Positions 25,812-38,525 of a stretch of 64,000 bases of DNA are shown in pieces (positions within the stretch are counted from its first letter, which is position 1; every line of letters begins with the position of its first letter). The stretch lies in the NCBI RefSeq assembly GCF_018350175.1, contig NC_058368.1, positions 218,800,001-218,864,000 of the forward strand, read 5' to 3'. The notes below the pieces were generated by a model. The model made no database searches. It saw only the letters and a program-made list of their open reading frames with translations, and was not told the DNA's origin. Both the position numbers and the translations under genes were made by a program. This stretch comes from Felis catus (Eukaryota).

Positions 25812-26345
25812 ATTGAGTTAGCCAGAACTCTCCAGAGAAACAGATTCAATAGCATGAGTATACACGCACGCACACACACACACTCACACTCACACTCACA
25901 CTCACACACACACACACACACACACACACATGCTCACATGTTGTGGAGGCTGAAAAGTTCTAAGATCTGCAGTTGGCAAGCTGGAGATCCAGGAGAGCTG
26001 ATAGTGTATAGTCCAATTGAAGGTCAACAGGTATGAAACCCAAGAAGAGCCAGTGTTTCAGTTGGAATTCAAAGCAGGAAAAAAAAAATCAAAGTCCCAG
26101 CTCAAGGCAGTCAGGAAGATGGAACTCCCTTTTATTTGTGGAAGGGTCAGCCTTTTTGTTTTGCTCTGCCTTCCAATTGACAGATGGGGCCCACCCACAT
26201 TAGGGAGGTCATTCTTCTTTACTCATCTGTTTCAAATGCTAATTTCATTTAAAACATCCCCTTAGACACACTGAGAATAATATTTCACCAAATATCTGGA
26301 CACTCTGTGGCTTAGTCAATTTAACAAGTAAAATTAACCACAACA
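25812..26345 (-). mobile_element. MaLR solo LTR (MLT1E-like) containing a (CA)n run at 25862-25930
   Basis: ctctccagagaaacag...ggaggctgaaaagttctaagatctgcag...ggcccacccacattagggagg...aaaattaaccacaaca. Confidence 0.85.
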
Positions 26346-26427
26346 ATTATGTAATAATATATTATAATATGTATGTATATCAGCATATATGCATTTTTTT
26401 CTGATCACAGAATAAGTTAACCTTTTA

Positions 26428-26668
26428 TTTTATTTTTTATTTTATTAAAAAAAATTTAATGTTTATTTTTGAGAGAGAGACACAGAGTGTGGGCAGGGGA
26501 GGGGCAGAGAGAGAGAGGGAGACACAGGATCCAAAGCAGGCTCCAGGCTCCGAGCTGTCAGTACAGAGTCTGATGTGGGGCTCGAACTCATGGACTGGAT
26601 TCACGGACCATGAGGTCATGACCTGAGCTGAAGTCAGACACTTAATCCACTGAGACACCCAGGTGCCT
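26428..26668 (-). mobile_element. Can-SINE, antisense
   Basis: TSD taagttaa(c/t)ctttta at 26413-26427 and 26669-26683. Confidence 0.96.
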
Positions 26669-26944
26669 TAAGTTAATCTTTTAAAGTAAATAAATAAATA
26701 AATAAATACCACATGCAAAGATAAACAGTTGCTCAGAAATCAATTGAGATATTGGATATAAATAAAAGATACATAATGTGGCTAACATAAGCAAAGAAAG
26801 GAATTTCTAGAGAAAATACTTGGATTTGATGGTAATTTAAAGCATAATGCAGTAAATAATCCTAAGGAGAGCCAGGTACTAGAGCAAGTTCAACATTCAC
26901 ATCAAGAAGCAGAAGGTTATAGATGTGTCTTCTGATTTATGCAC

Positions 26945-27586
26945 TGTTCTGGCCAAGCTATAGACAATAGTTCAGATATCAAGACTGATGATACCACATA
27001 CAAATTGAGAACATAGGAGGTTTCATTACTCACATATTGAGACCCTTGTGGATAACAGGGTAGATCTCCTAAAATTGGAACTAAAATAGCTTAAGAGTAC
27101 AAGGATGGGAGACTGGTTTAAGGTTTATAGTATTTAGGGGGTGTGGCAGGGCTGAGGGTTACTATGGTAATGTAGGGTGGTTTTAAAGATGTGTAGTTTT
27201 GGGGCGCCTGGGTGGCTTAGTCAGTTGAGGATCTGACTTCGGCTCAGGTCATGATCTCGCGGTCCATGAGTTTGAGCCCTGACTCAGGCTCTGTGCTGAC
27301 AGCTCGGAGCCTGGAGCCTGCTTCGGATTCTGTGTCTCCCTCTCTCTCTGCCCCTTGCCTGCTTGTACTCTGTCTCTCTCTCTCTAAAAATAAATAGTAA
27401 AAAAAATAATAATAATAATGAAAAAAAAAGAAAGCATGTGTAGTTTGAAACTACCTCTTTTGTCAAATCAGGGAGCACCCAGGCTTTCTTATCAGCTTGT
27501 TCAGATGTGAGGCAAAGGGAAGTGGAAGAGATGAAGCTAAAAGCTGTCAAACATCAAAAATGGAGTTCAATTCATTTTATATACAT
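26945..27586 (-). mobile_element. ERVL-class LTR (MER76-like), split by a SINE
   Basis: The end aaaagctgtcaaacatcaaaaatggagt...tataca is the reverse complement of the recalled MER76 5' end; gggagcacccaggctttcttatcagcttg. Confidence 0.65.
27201..27435 (+). mobile_element. Can-SINE inside the LTR
   Basis: TSD atgtgtagttt at 27189-27199 and 27436-27446. Confidence 0.97.
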
Positions 27587-28040
27587 CTGATCAAATTGCA
27601 TGTGCCCATTCTTGGTACAATGATCTTCAAAGAAGATGAGGTTACCAGGATTGTCCCTGATATGTTTGTATATCTACATCACCATCCAGAGAATATGATT
27701 TTGTATTTTATCTGTTCACTTAACTATTTGGATGACTTCCTCATTCAAGACAGTGCTCTAGTCTAGGCACTCTGAGTCACTGAGCAAGGTCCTAGTATTC
27801 ATGAATGAAAGAGAACACTAGGGCTGTTGTTGGCTGACAATGATGTAAAGCACTAAAGTCCTAATCTGATTTTCTACGTGAATCCCCTTCTTTGTAAGCA
27901 TTAGTCTCTTAATGTGTACTGTGAGTTTCTATTGCTTAAAATCTCTGTATTATGGTTAATTCAGTGTTGGTAAATTTTAGCTCTGTCAGAGACTGCTGGC
28001 AACATTAAAAACAAAGCAAAAATTTAAAGGATGCTATTCT

Positions 28041-29201
28041 TTTTTTTTAATAAATGAAATTTATTGTCAAATTGGTTTCTATACAACACCCAGTGCTCAT
28101 CCCAACAGGTGTCCTCCTCAGTACCCATCACCCACACTCCCCTCACTCCCACCCCCCATCAACCCTCAGACTGTCCTCAGTTTTTAAGAGTCTTTTATGG
28201 TTTTGCTCCCTCCCACTCTAACCTCTTTTCTTTTTCCTTCCCCTCCCCCATGGGTTTCTGTTAAGTTTCTCAGGATCCACATAAGAGTGAAAACATATGG
28301 TATCTGTCTTTCTCTGTAGGACTTATTTCACTTAGCATCACACTCTCCAGTTCCATCCACATTGCTACAAAGGGCCATATTTCATTCTTTCTCATTGCCA
28401 TGTAGTACTCCATTGTGTATATAAACCACAATTTCTTTATCCATTCATCAGTTGATGGACATTTAGGCTCTTTCCACAATTTGGCTATTGTTGAGAGTGC
28501 TGCTATAAACATTGGGGTACAATGCCCGTATGCATCAGTACTCCTGTATCACTTGGGTAAATTCCTAGCAGTGCTACTGCTGGGTCATAGGGTAGGTCTA
28601 TTTTTAATGTTTTGAGGAAACTCCACACTGTTTTCCAGAGTGGCTGTACCAGTTTGCATTCCCACCAACAGTGCAAGAGGGTTCCCGTTTCTCCACATCC
28701 TCTCCGGCATCTATAGTCTCCTGATTTGTTCATTTTGGCCACTCTGACTGGCGTGAGGTGATATCTCAGTGTGGCTTTGATTTGTATTTCCCTGATGAGG
28801 AGCGATGAGGAGCATCTTTTCATGTGCCTGTTGGCCATCTGGATGTCCTCTTTAGAGAAGTGTCTATTCATGTTTTCTGCCCATTTCTTCACTGGATTAT
28901 TTGTTTTTTGGGTGTGGAGTTTGGTGAGCTCTTTATTGATTTTGGATACTAGCCCTTTGTCCGATATGTCATTTGCAAATATCTTTTCCCATTCTGTTGG
29001 TTGCCTTTTAGTTTTGTTGATTGTTTTCTTTGCTGTGCAGAAGCTTTTTATCTTCATGAGGTCCCAATAGTTCATTTTTGCTTTGAATTCCCTTGCCTTT
29101 GGGGATGTGTGAAGTAAGAAATTGCTGCGACTGAGGTCAGAGAGGTCTTTTCCTGCTTTCTCCTCTAGGGTTTTGATGGTTTCCTGTCTCACATTCAGGT
29201 C
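28041..29201 (-). mobile_element. 5'-truncated felid L1 (1.16 kb; ORF2 C-terminus, 3'UTR, polyA)
   Basis: ORFs 28503-29192 and 28270-28512 are the L1 ORF2 C-terminus, split by a frameshift near 28520. Perfect 16-bp TSD taaaggatgctattct at 28025-28040 and 29202-29217. Confidence 0.98.
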
Positions 29202-30346
29202 TAAAGGATGCTATTCTATTGTCAGACATATTAAATATATCTACAAAACCTATCAAAACTAGAATCAAATAAGGAAAATTTATTCTGAGAATGAAGATTT
29301 TATTCATTCTCATACTGCTGTTTTATTTATAAATTTGAACTATTGCTGTTACATAGAGCTCACTATTTAAAGACATTAATTTTGTTGTTGTTTTTGTTTT
29401 TTTGCTTTTTCATCATTTTGCTAGGCAAGGAATATCATCTAAGTAGTGGTATCTCTCTCTCTGTCTCTGTCTCTCTCTGTCTGTCTTTTTCTACATGAGC
29501 CTTATGGTATAGAAATTTCTTTCTCTAAGGTACTATTCTTTCTTTGTTAGTGTGTGTGAATGTGTGTGAGAGAGAGTTAAGTGCTTTCAAATTAAGTGGT
29601 CATGCTATGACCATGCTATTGACTTCATATAGTTGTTTATGATATGACCTAGTAGAATGAAAAGAACAATAAATTTTGAGTTAGAAGACAGAGGTATGAC
29701 TGTGGGTACGCACTTACTCGATGTTTCTACTGAGATAAATCAGTTAATGAAACACAGCTAGGAAGTAAGATCTCATCTGCATGCCACCACTTGCCTTTCT
29801 TTCCTAGCCCACTGTCTTCATGTATAGTTGAGGGATTTAGTTTAGCTGACCATAAAGACAACATCCAGATATATACCTTAAAATTCTATAAATCACTTGG
29901 ACAATATGTTGATGGGACCTAAGATTTATTTAAGATAGGGAATCATTAATTTCTCCTTTCTCGTTTGTTTTTTGTTACTTGGGACAGGCGATTACTAACC
30001 AGCATTAGGGTTTAGAAATAGTACAAAACAAAATCCATGAATTTGGACAATAATGTATTGTTCTTGAATAAACACTATCGATTTAAATTTTATTATATTT
30101 ATCAACTATATTTGGAAACTGAAATATTGGGTAGCTCTCACTATTAACAGAAATAATCTTCCACAGTAAAATATGCTTTAAAGATTGGGCTAAAGAAACC
30201 CCAGCATATTATGATAACAAGTATGTACTTGATTCTAAGCCCTTAATAGTGCAAAAATTTGTACCAGTTTGATAAATCGTATCTATTATTTATAAAAATA
30301 TTAAATTATATTGTAAAATGTCTGTTTAAATTATAATTCAGTAACA

Positions 30347-30552
30347 ATTTTTTTTAGTTTATTTAATTTTGAAAGTGAGAGTGAGTGCACACACAGGGAG
30401 GGGCAGAGAGAGAGGCAGAGAGAATCCCAAGCACGCTCCATGCTGTCAGCACAGAGCCTGACGTGGGATTCAGTCTCATGAACAGTGAGATCATGACCTG
30501 AGCCAAAACCAAGACTTGGATGCTTAACCGGCTAGGCCACCCAGGCACGCCC
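30347..30552 (-). mobile_element. Older Can-SINE, antisense
   Basis: gaatcccaagc...gtcagcacagagcctgacgtggg...ccacccaggcacgccc; flanked by taacaat on both sides. Confidence 0.93.
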
Positions 30553-30844
30553 ATAACAATATTTTAATTAATGGTGTCACTGAATAGTGCACTAAAATTT
30601 ATTGAGTGTTAAATTATAAGTATGTCATTATTGTTATACTAATTTTGTCAGGAGTGATCTTACAACTTAGTACACACTTTGAAGTGTACAGTCTTAGTAA
30701 ATAAATTTATTTTGAATATGAAGCATGTCATTTAAATGAACCTAAATAATGCTGAGTTGAGAATCCCTCCTTGGCTATTCAGTTACGTAGAAAGACAGGA
30801 AAGTTACAATAGAAGGAAATGTAATGAATATATCCTTACATCTC

Positions 30845-30915
30845 AAAACAAAAATAAAAACAAAATAAAATAAAAACAAATAAAACCAAAAACGAATAAA
30901 AACAAAAACAAAACA
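30845..30915. repeat. Degenerate (AAAAC/AAAAT)n repeat
   Basis: A-rich low-complexity run. Confidence 0.85.
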
Positions 30916-32874
30916 GGGTAGTATCATATCAAAATAAAATTTTACTAAATAACTTTAATACTATATTTTTCTTCTGAAAGTACATTGAAATGTTTCCAAT
31001 TATAAAGCAAAGCAAACAGTTTTGAATTTCCCTCTTCTCAGTGTTTTAAAATCTTCCATTCCCTTGGTCCATACCTCGTCATTGTTCCTCACATAGAGTA
31101 TTACTATAAATTCTATCCCCCCATAAAACTTATATTTATGTTTTTATAAAAAACTAACTAGATTTTTTCACTGCAATCCTCCATTTATTTATGGCTTAAG
31201 GAAATTATAAGTAAGTTTAAGGTAGGAAAACATGGACAGAAAAAAATATCTTTGAGTCTCAATTTTTCCTTAACAGAAGGAAGAGACAAAGGGTCTGTGT
31301 ATACTAAAATATTTTTTATCAGGCCCTCTTCAACACACACACATACATACACATGTGTATATACACATATATGGTTGCAGTTTTTTATGTTATTACAGCA
31401 GTATAAAATATAATTGTTTAAATAATATAAATGTCTATGGAGATAAATGGTTAAGTTACTAATATGGATATGGCTTTTCATGACCTATTAGAATTTGTCA
31501 TTTTATAAAAATATTAAATATAAGCACAAATCCATTTAGTGGGAAAGAAAAGTGATATCTTTCTGTCTATAATTTGTATGTTTTTGTGACAGAGGTTGTA
31601 CTAAATTGTTACATGAGATTGGAAATTCAGTTTATATACTTTCTAATGTTCCACTGATTTAAATTGAATATATTTTTGCATTTCAATTTAAATATCCAGT
31701 AACGACAAAAACAAAGAAGCAATTTATTAAATGAATGTATATGTTTGAATTCCAGGAGAAGAAATTATGATAATAGTTAGAGTTAGAGTACTAATATTCT
31801 GGACAAATCCAATGGACTAGTATTTGAACCTTTGGGATAAACTGGTGGGTCTGTCTCTCCTAGCAAATATGAGGCTTTGGTAAACAAGAACATGTCTGGC
31901 CCAGGTAAAATAAGGTAAAGTTGAGGAGAAATTCATTCTTCATACACTTGCAGGGTACAGAAAATGAGATTCCCAGCAATGCCTTCAAGTTGTAACAAAT
32001 ATCAATGATAGCAAGTTTGGAACTTTTTAGAGTTAGATCCCCAAACTAGCCTCAGGATTACCAAGGTTGGCAATTGTGCAAGTCATTCAAATTGTTTTGA
32101 GTACAGCAGAAAACTAATGCATTGGGTGTCACAAAATAGTAAACAAATTCAATACCCCCATGGAACCTTCTAGAGATACGTCTTAATAATTTGGCATTTT
32201 TGTGTGTGCATTGATGTGTATGTTGCTGTGTGTCAGTGGAAATGAACTAAGTGAGGACAAGTGTCCATAAAATTAAGAACTATGAAAGTTAATTAATATA
32301 ACCAATTTCAAATTCTTAGTTGGTGAGCCTACAGAAACATTGTTCACAAAAGAAAATTGAAGTGACTAAATTTGTACTTGAAGAATGTTAATTTTATCAT
32401 GAAATGATAATTTTCAGTAGAAAAAAGAAATGAAGTGATTGCTTTTACAAGTTCAAAAAAATTTAGTGCTTGCTACATGCCAGGTACTTTGTTTCCCTAA
32501 TCAGTAGTAGTCACTACCTTATTGATTAAAAAATTGGGACAAACAAAAAAATTAAAAAATTGCCTGTGAATTTCAGAAACTCTTCAGTTTTGAACTATAG
32601 GAAACTCATCTATGGGTAAGCCCATAGTTGATAGAAATTTATTTATTAGCACTAACCATATTGAATTTTCATTTAATATTGAGTCTTTATTAATATTGCT
32701 ATGAACTGAGCTGGGTGCTCAGAGTCTGGTGGGGCACCAGACAGGCTTGGTTGCTCTACAAGTTGGAAAATGAGAACATTGGCAGAGACCCTAATGGGAG
32801 AAATTGATCTAATAAGGACATTGGGAGAGTCTACATATGGGAATGACATTTAGTGAGTTGATATAATGAGTTTT

Positions 32875-33181
32875 TTATTTAAACTTTTTAAAAATTATTT
32901 TTAACATTTATTTATGTATTTATTTTAATATGAAATTTATTGTCAAATTGGTTTCCATACAACACCCAGTGCTCATCCCAATAGGTGCCCTCTGCAATGC
33001 CCATCACCCACTTTCCCTCCCTCCCACCCCCATCAACCCTCAGTTTATTCTCAGTTTTTAGGAGTCTTTTATGGTTTGGCTCCCTCCCTCTCTAATTTTT
33101 TTTTTTCCCTTCCCCTCCCCCATGGTCTTCTGTTAAGTTTCTCAGGATACAGTGAAAACACATTGTATCTTTCTTTCTCTG
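32875..33181 (-). mobile_element. Short 5'-truncated felid L1 3'UTR, antisense
   Basis: tttattgtcaaattggtttccatacaacacccagtgctcatccc..., the same 3'UTR as at 28041 and 38290. Degenerate TSD tataatgagtttt / tataatgggcttt. Confidence 0.93.
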
Positions 33182-33539
33182 TATAATGGGCTTTTGAAGA
33201 GAGAAGAGAATACTGTAGGCAAGAGAACAATCACTAAAAAAACATAAAAGGATGCCAAATATGTGATACAGAGGGAAGAATAAGCATACAAACAGGTGAC
33301 AAAGAATATATAATATATTCATGTATATTATAGCCTCAACTCTAATTTCTTTAGGCATCTGCTCTAGCTACTGGAGAAAACACACAAGAAAAATTGTCCT
33401 GAGAGTAAAATTCCTGTCCTGAGAGTAAAATTAAAGAACATACAGATAGTATACTCATGGTGGGTATTCTGAGAATGATTTTTATTTTAATGAGTAGCAT
33501 ATGAAAACACATAGAAGCAATATGAAGCATAAGAAACTA

Positions 33540-33970
33540 TCCAGTATTTGTGGTCAGAGAGATTTTAGACAAAATGTTTTGCATTTCACTTACTTCCTGT
33601 GTGACTTAGAACAAATTACCATGATGAGATCAATTTTCTCAGATTATTATTATCTATTTAGTATCTTCCATTTAACAGATATGTAGATTTAGGGAAAAAT
33701 CTGATTGGGGAGCCTGGGTGGCTCAGTTGGTTGAGCGTCCAGCTTTGGCTCAGGTCATGATCTCACGGTTTGTGGGTTTGAGCCCTGCATTGTGCTCTGT
33801 GCTGATAGCTTGGAGCCTGTTTCGGGTTCTGTGTCTCCCACTCTCTCTGCTCCTCCCCTGCCCATGCTCTGTCTCTCTCTCTCTCTCAAAATAAATAAAT
33901 TAATTTAAAAAAATTAAGGAAAAATCTGATTATGTAGTAACTGTTTAATATATGTCAGCTATTATTTTAT
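33540..33970 (+). mobile_element. MIR fragment split by a SINE
   Basis: cacttacttcctgtgtgacttagaacaaattac ... tttaatatatgtcagctattatt. Confidence 0.55.
33707..33917 (+). mobile_element. Can-SINE
   Basis: Perfect TSD ggaaaaatctgatt at 33693-33706 and 33918-33931. Confidence 0.97.
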
Positions 33971-34235
33971 TAATTTTAAGAATATTTCACAATATAGCCT
34001 TGATTTGTGATTTATCAAGTCAATAGTGTTCGTACATCATAAAGTTTATTTTTTCTTATTTGTCTGCGTTAAGAGATTTCTCATAGTCTTAAATTGGTAA
34101 ATAATATTGATTTTTTTTTTGTATGTGGAAATATTGCCAGGATCTCTGACTGATAACTACCAGGAAATTTTTAAAGTGTTTTTTGGTTTTAAAAGTGTAT
34201 TTGTAAATACAGCATTCCCTTCAAGGCATGAATTC

Positions 34236-34693
34236 TGTATTTACAGTTATCTGTTGCTGCATCAAAAACTACTTTATTACTTAGTGACTTTAAACAGATA
34301 GTTTATTTTACTTATGGTTTTGTAGACCATCCATTCCACTCAGCTGGGTATCTTATATCTGTTGGATGCATAGACCATAGGGCAATTCTACTAGGGCCTG
34401 AGGATTTGCTTTCAAGCTTACTACTGTATATTACTGGTAACTGATTGCTGGATTGACTATTCCAGTAAATCAAGGGCAAGAGTCTTTTCCATGTGGGTTT
34501 ATGACTGGCCACTTGTGCTTTCTCACTGCAGAGGGGAGTGGGTTAGAGGGGAAACTGGTCTGCTAATTAGCAGCATCACTTTAATTATATTCTGCTAGTC
34601 AGAGCAGTCCTAGACCCTCCTCAAATTCAAGAGAAGATGACATTGACCTCATCTTTAGAGGAAGAGTATTAAAATATGCCTAAATCCATTACA
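34236..34693 (-). mobile_element. Old MaLR LTR (MLT1H/J-like)
   Basis: tgtattt..cagttatctgttgctgc...cttagtgactttaaac...cagcatcactt...attctgctagtcagagcagtc...ccattaca. Confidence 0.7.
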
Positions 34694-35033
34694 AAAGTCT
34701 ACAGTGATTTGCAGTTATTTGAAATAGCTGTGCTTGATAAACATAGACAATAAAAAGTAAAGTACTTACAGGAAAGCATAATAGATTTATTTTACTGACA
34801 ATAAGATGATAAATTGATGTTAAGAGTTGTAATAAGTGGTAGGATTCAAATACTCAAGATATTTATCTATCTTGTTAATGTGACATTCCTGGGTGTTTTG
34901 AGAGTTAGGCTCAGGAATAATCATCCCCAGACATGCACAATTGAAACTCCTGTGAAAGATGTAGACTTCATCTCAGATAAAAATGACATTACAGATAGTA
35001 GTAATAGTATAAATCAGAATATAGGCGGAGACA

Positions 35034-35519
35034 TGTCTAAATTTGGATTACCCTCCCCAAAAGTAAAACTTGAGACAAAGGTCTATGTGAATTTTTTTTT
35101 TGGAATGTGAAAGAAATGATGCATTGTAAGTAGGAGTAGGGAGAGAAGGGACAGGAAAATAATGGTTTAATAAAGGAGTTATTATGGATGCAGCTACCAT
35201 TGTGAGTACTGGAGTTTAACCTTGTTGAGGAAAGGCTGGAAGTTATTTTAGAATGTACATCTCAGAGTCTCCCTGTCTCAAGGGACAGATACTGGGGTAT
35301 TTATGCAGGTATTATCATCAGTCATCAGTTGAAGGCTACTTCCTTGTGAAAATATTTCTCCGGCACTCTAGTCTAACTTTGGGTGGCAAAGCAGGGTACC
35401 GAAACCAAAGAAAGCTTCAGGCAAAGAGAACAGATGTTCAGAGTCATAAGTTAGTACAGCATGCACTGAAGTAATATAAATGAGGAAATATGGTTGGGAG
35501 GTTGTCAGCATCTGCTATA
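35034..35519 (-). mobile_element. ERVL LTR (LTR16-like)
   Basis: cttgagacaaagg...cagctaccattgtgag...ctggggtatttat...cagtcatcagttgaaggct...cagcatctgctata. Confidence 0.65.
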
Positions 35520-35829
35520 AAGAAATGTATAAAGGGAGAAAGGTGTACCTATGTCTAAAAGATAAATCACTAACTTAGATTTAGTCATTCTAATAGATAT
35601 ATATACCTGTGAAAATAAAGAATTAAGATATGTGTTGGTTTATGTGATAAAACATGAGAAATGTTAAAGATCCACATTCTTTTTTTTAAGTAAAATAACA
35701 TCTTTAGTACTAGATACATATTTGTAATTTAATCTTACATTTTATGATGATTTTTTTGGATTTTGTATATTGGGTTAGAGTAAAAATGGAAGATAACGGG
35801 AAATTTTATAAAAATAAACAGTGATCTTT

Positions 35830-36350
35830 AGAGAATGAGATGTCACCATTTGTAACAATCTGAATGGACCTAGAGAGTATTATTATCCTAAGTGAAATCA
35901 GTCATTCAGAGAAACACTAAGACCATATGAGTTCAATTACATGTGGTATCGAATAAACAAAACAGATGAATAAACCCACAAAAAGCAGAATCAGACCTAT
36001 AAATACAGAGAACAAACTGATGGTTTGCTCAGAGAACATCTTCGAAAAAGAGGAGTTAGCCAAAATATAGGTAGAATTAGTTTACTCCAGGAGGGAGAGA
36101 GGGATATGAGCAAAATATGTGAAGGGGAGTAGAAGATACAGGCTTCCAGTTATGAAATGAAAGATTTATGGAAATAAAAGTTACAGTATAGGAATAAAGT
36201 CAATGATATTGTCGTATCTTTGTGTGGTGAAAGATAGTAGCTATACTCAAGGTGAACATAGCATAATGTAGTCCTGTTAAATCACTGTTTTAAACCTGAA
36301 ACTAATGTAAATTCTATGTCAACTATACTCAAATAAAAATTTAATAATAA
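35830..36350 (+). mobile_element. Carnivore L1 3' end fragment
   Basis: ccatttgtaacaa..tggacctagagagtatt..ctaagtgaaat..cagagaacaaactgatgg..acctgaaactaatgtaa..tatgtcaactatactcaaataaaaa. Confidence 0.85.
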
Positions 36351-37534
36351 ACAGCAATGTTTAAAACATTTAAAATATAATTTTGCCACAATGTATTCAT
36401 GGTAAATAATAACAGCTTCTTAATGAATATCTTGAATATATTTAATATATTTAGATTTCATGCTGAATATGCATATATCATCAAGAATTAAGGGTATAAT
36501 AAGAAAATATTTAAAATGATTCTGTGTTATATTTCTAATAAATCAAATAGTTATTGTTTCATACCACACTGCATTTATATTATTTGGATTTGCCTTCAAA
36601 GTTTTCAACCCAAAATACAGATTTTTTTCATAATTTTGTTTAAAATATTGGATGATTTTAATAGTTTACTCAGTTTTAACTTGATTCCAAATAAATACAT
36701 AGTTCAGTGTTCTGTTCCATATAACTTAAAATGAATAATTTTATTTTTGAGCTGATATTATTTATCACTTATTTTAAAGGTTAAGAAAAAGTACTGAATG
36801 CTTTTATGAGCACTCTCATTTACTCCTTTCAGATTTTCCCATTGTTAAATAAAATGGTATATATATTATTACGTGAAGTTCATTCAGCCTTCATTAAAAT
36901 TCTCCAGAAGCATTCTGTATTAGGACTAAAATCAGCAGTCATGGATTGTATGCTTAATAATCATTGCACTGGGTTTATTTTTCAATATCCCTAGGGTATT
37001 AATCTTTTGAAAACTCACTTGCAGTTGAGATGATTCTTTTCTAAAATATTTCTTCCTTCCCAATAGCACAATATAATAGGTACGAGCTCTACTTTCATGG
37101 CACATCAACTAATTTGCAATCACAGCAGATCTGAAGCTTTCTTCATTCAAAATGTCTTAAGCTGCCAGAGGTTATATTCATTCAATTAACGTTTGCTGAG
37201 TGAATTAATTCCATCTATATTTTTGCTAACTCCTCTTTTACTTCTTAGTAAACCAGAGTTCTTAGTGAACCTGGTTCTTAGTGAACCCGAGTGTCATATT
37301 ATGATCCTGGTGTTTTTGTTTGTTTCTTTGTTTGTTTGTTTGTTGACATCTATTGATAGGTCAGTGGAAACTATATCTGGTAATATCTTGTTAACCTTTT
37401 TAAAGTCTGACATGGGCCATACAACTCTTTCAAACTATTTCTTAACCAAGGCATTACTTTTAAAATTTCAGAAAGAGTTATTCTGAAGGCACTTAATATA
37501 CTTCAACCATGTAAGGTTTTCAACTTCCAAGGAA

Positions 37535-37720
37535 AAGCAATGTTCAGAGTGGGTTTGAGGTAAGAACAGCTGAGTTTGCAATTTGAATTTCTCATTTACC
37601 ATGTGAAATTGGGCGATTTATGTAAAACAGGTGTGCCTCAGTTTCCTAACAAACAAACCTGTTGTAACAAGCACAAATTACACTGTGTGTATATGTTAAT
37701 AATCAGTCACAATAAAGGAT
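37535..37720 (+). mobile_element. MIR fragment
   Basis: ctgagtttg..tttaccatgtgaaattgggcga..tgtgcctcagtttcct. Confidence 0.5.
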
Positions 37721-38525
37721 ACGGTTAGTAACCTAGGAGGAGAATCACTTCAGCAGTTGACAAAAATACATAGTTCAGAATTCCTGTAAGTGGAATCATG
37801 CAGATAAAGGATAAGATAGTGTGATGTAAATCAACAACATACCTAAAGATACCTTTGCTCCTTGGATTTGAAAACAGACAAAGCAAAGATGAAGCTAAAT
37901 CTGATCTCAAATAATTCTGTTACTATGCTGTCAAAAGAGGTACTTTGAGATTAAATATAATTTCCTCCCTGTTCAATTAATTTAGTACTTCTGCTGTATT
38001 GCTTCACGTTATTCCTTTTTTTCCTGACTTCATCTCTCTGACCAAATTTATTTATTTTCCTCATACTTTGTACAATATTTCTAATTGCATTAGCTGCAAT
38101 GCCTTCCTCGTGCTTCAAAATATTTGGTTTATTGATTGAAATGTTTCTAATAGATACAACAGAGGAAAAACCGGAGGAAAGAGAAAATAGTAGGCCCTAC
38201 TAATGTAGGCCATATGTGTTTCATGTACCAAATGGAATCTAGAACCCAAAGGAGTGTACCCCCAAAAATAAAATAAAATAAAAAATTATTTTATTTTATT
38301 TTTTTATTAATATGAAATTTATTGTCAAATTGGTTTCCATACAACACCCAGTGCTCATCCCAACTGGTGCCCTCCTCAATACCCATCACTCACACTCCCC
38401 TCCCTCCCATCTTCCATCAACCCTCAGACTGTTCTCAGTTTTTAAGAGTCTTTTATGGTTTCGCTCCCTCCCTCTCTAACTTTTCTTTTTTCCTTCCCCT
38501 CCCCCATGGTCTTCTGTTAAGTTTC

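Noticed and set aside
34814..35110. 98-aa ORF
   Set aside because: Non-ATG start in the track, runs into an LTR16-like fossil, and has no recognisable homology.
37242..37291. Short direct repeats as a CRISPR-like array
   Set aside because: No spacers, only three degenerate units, and eukaryotic context.
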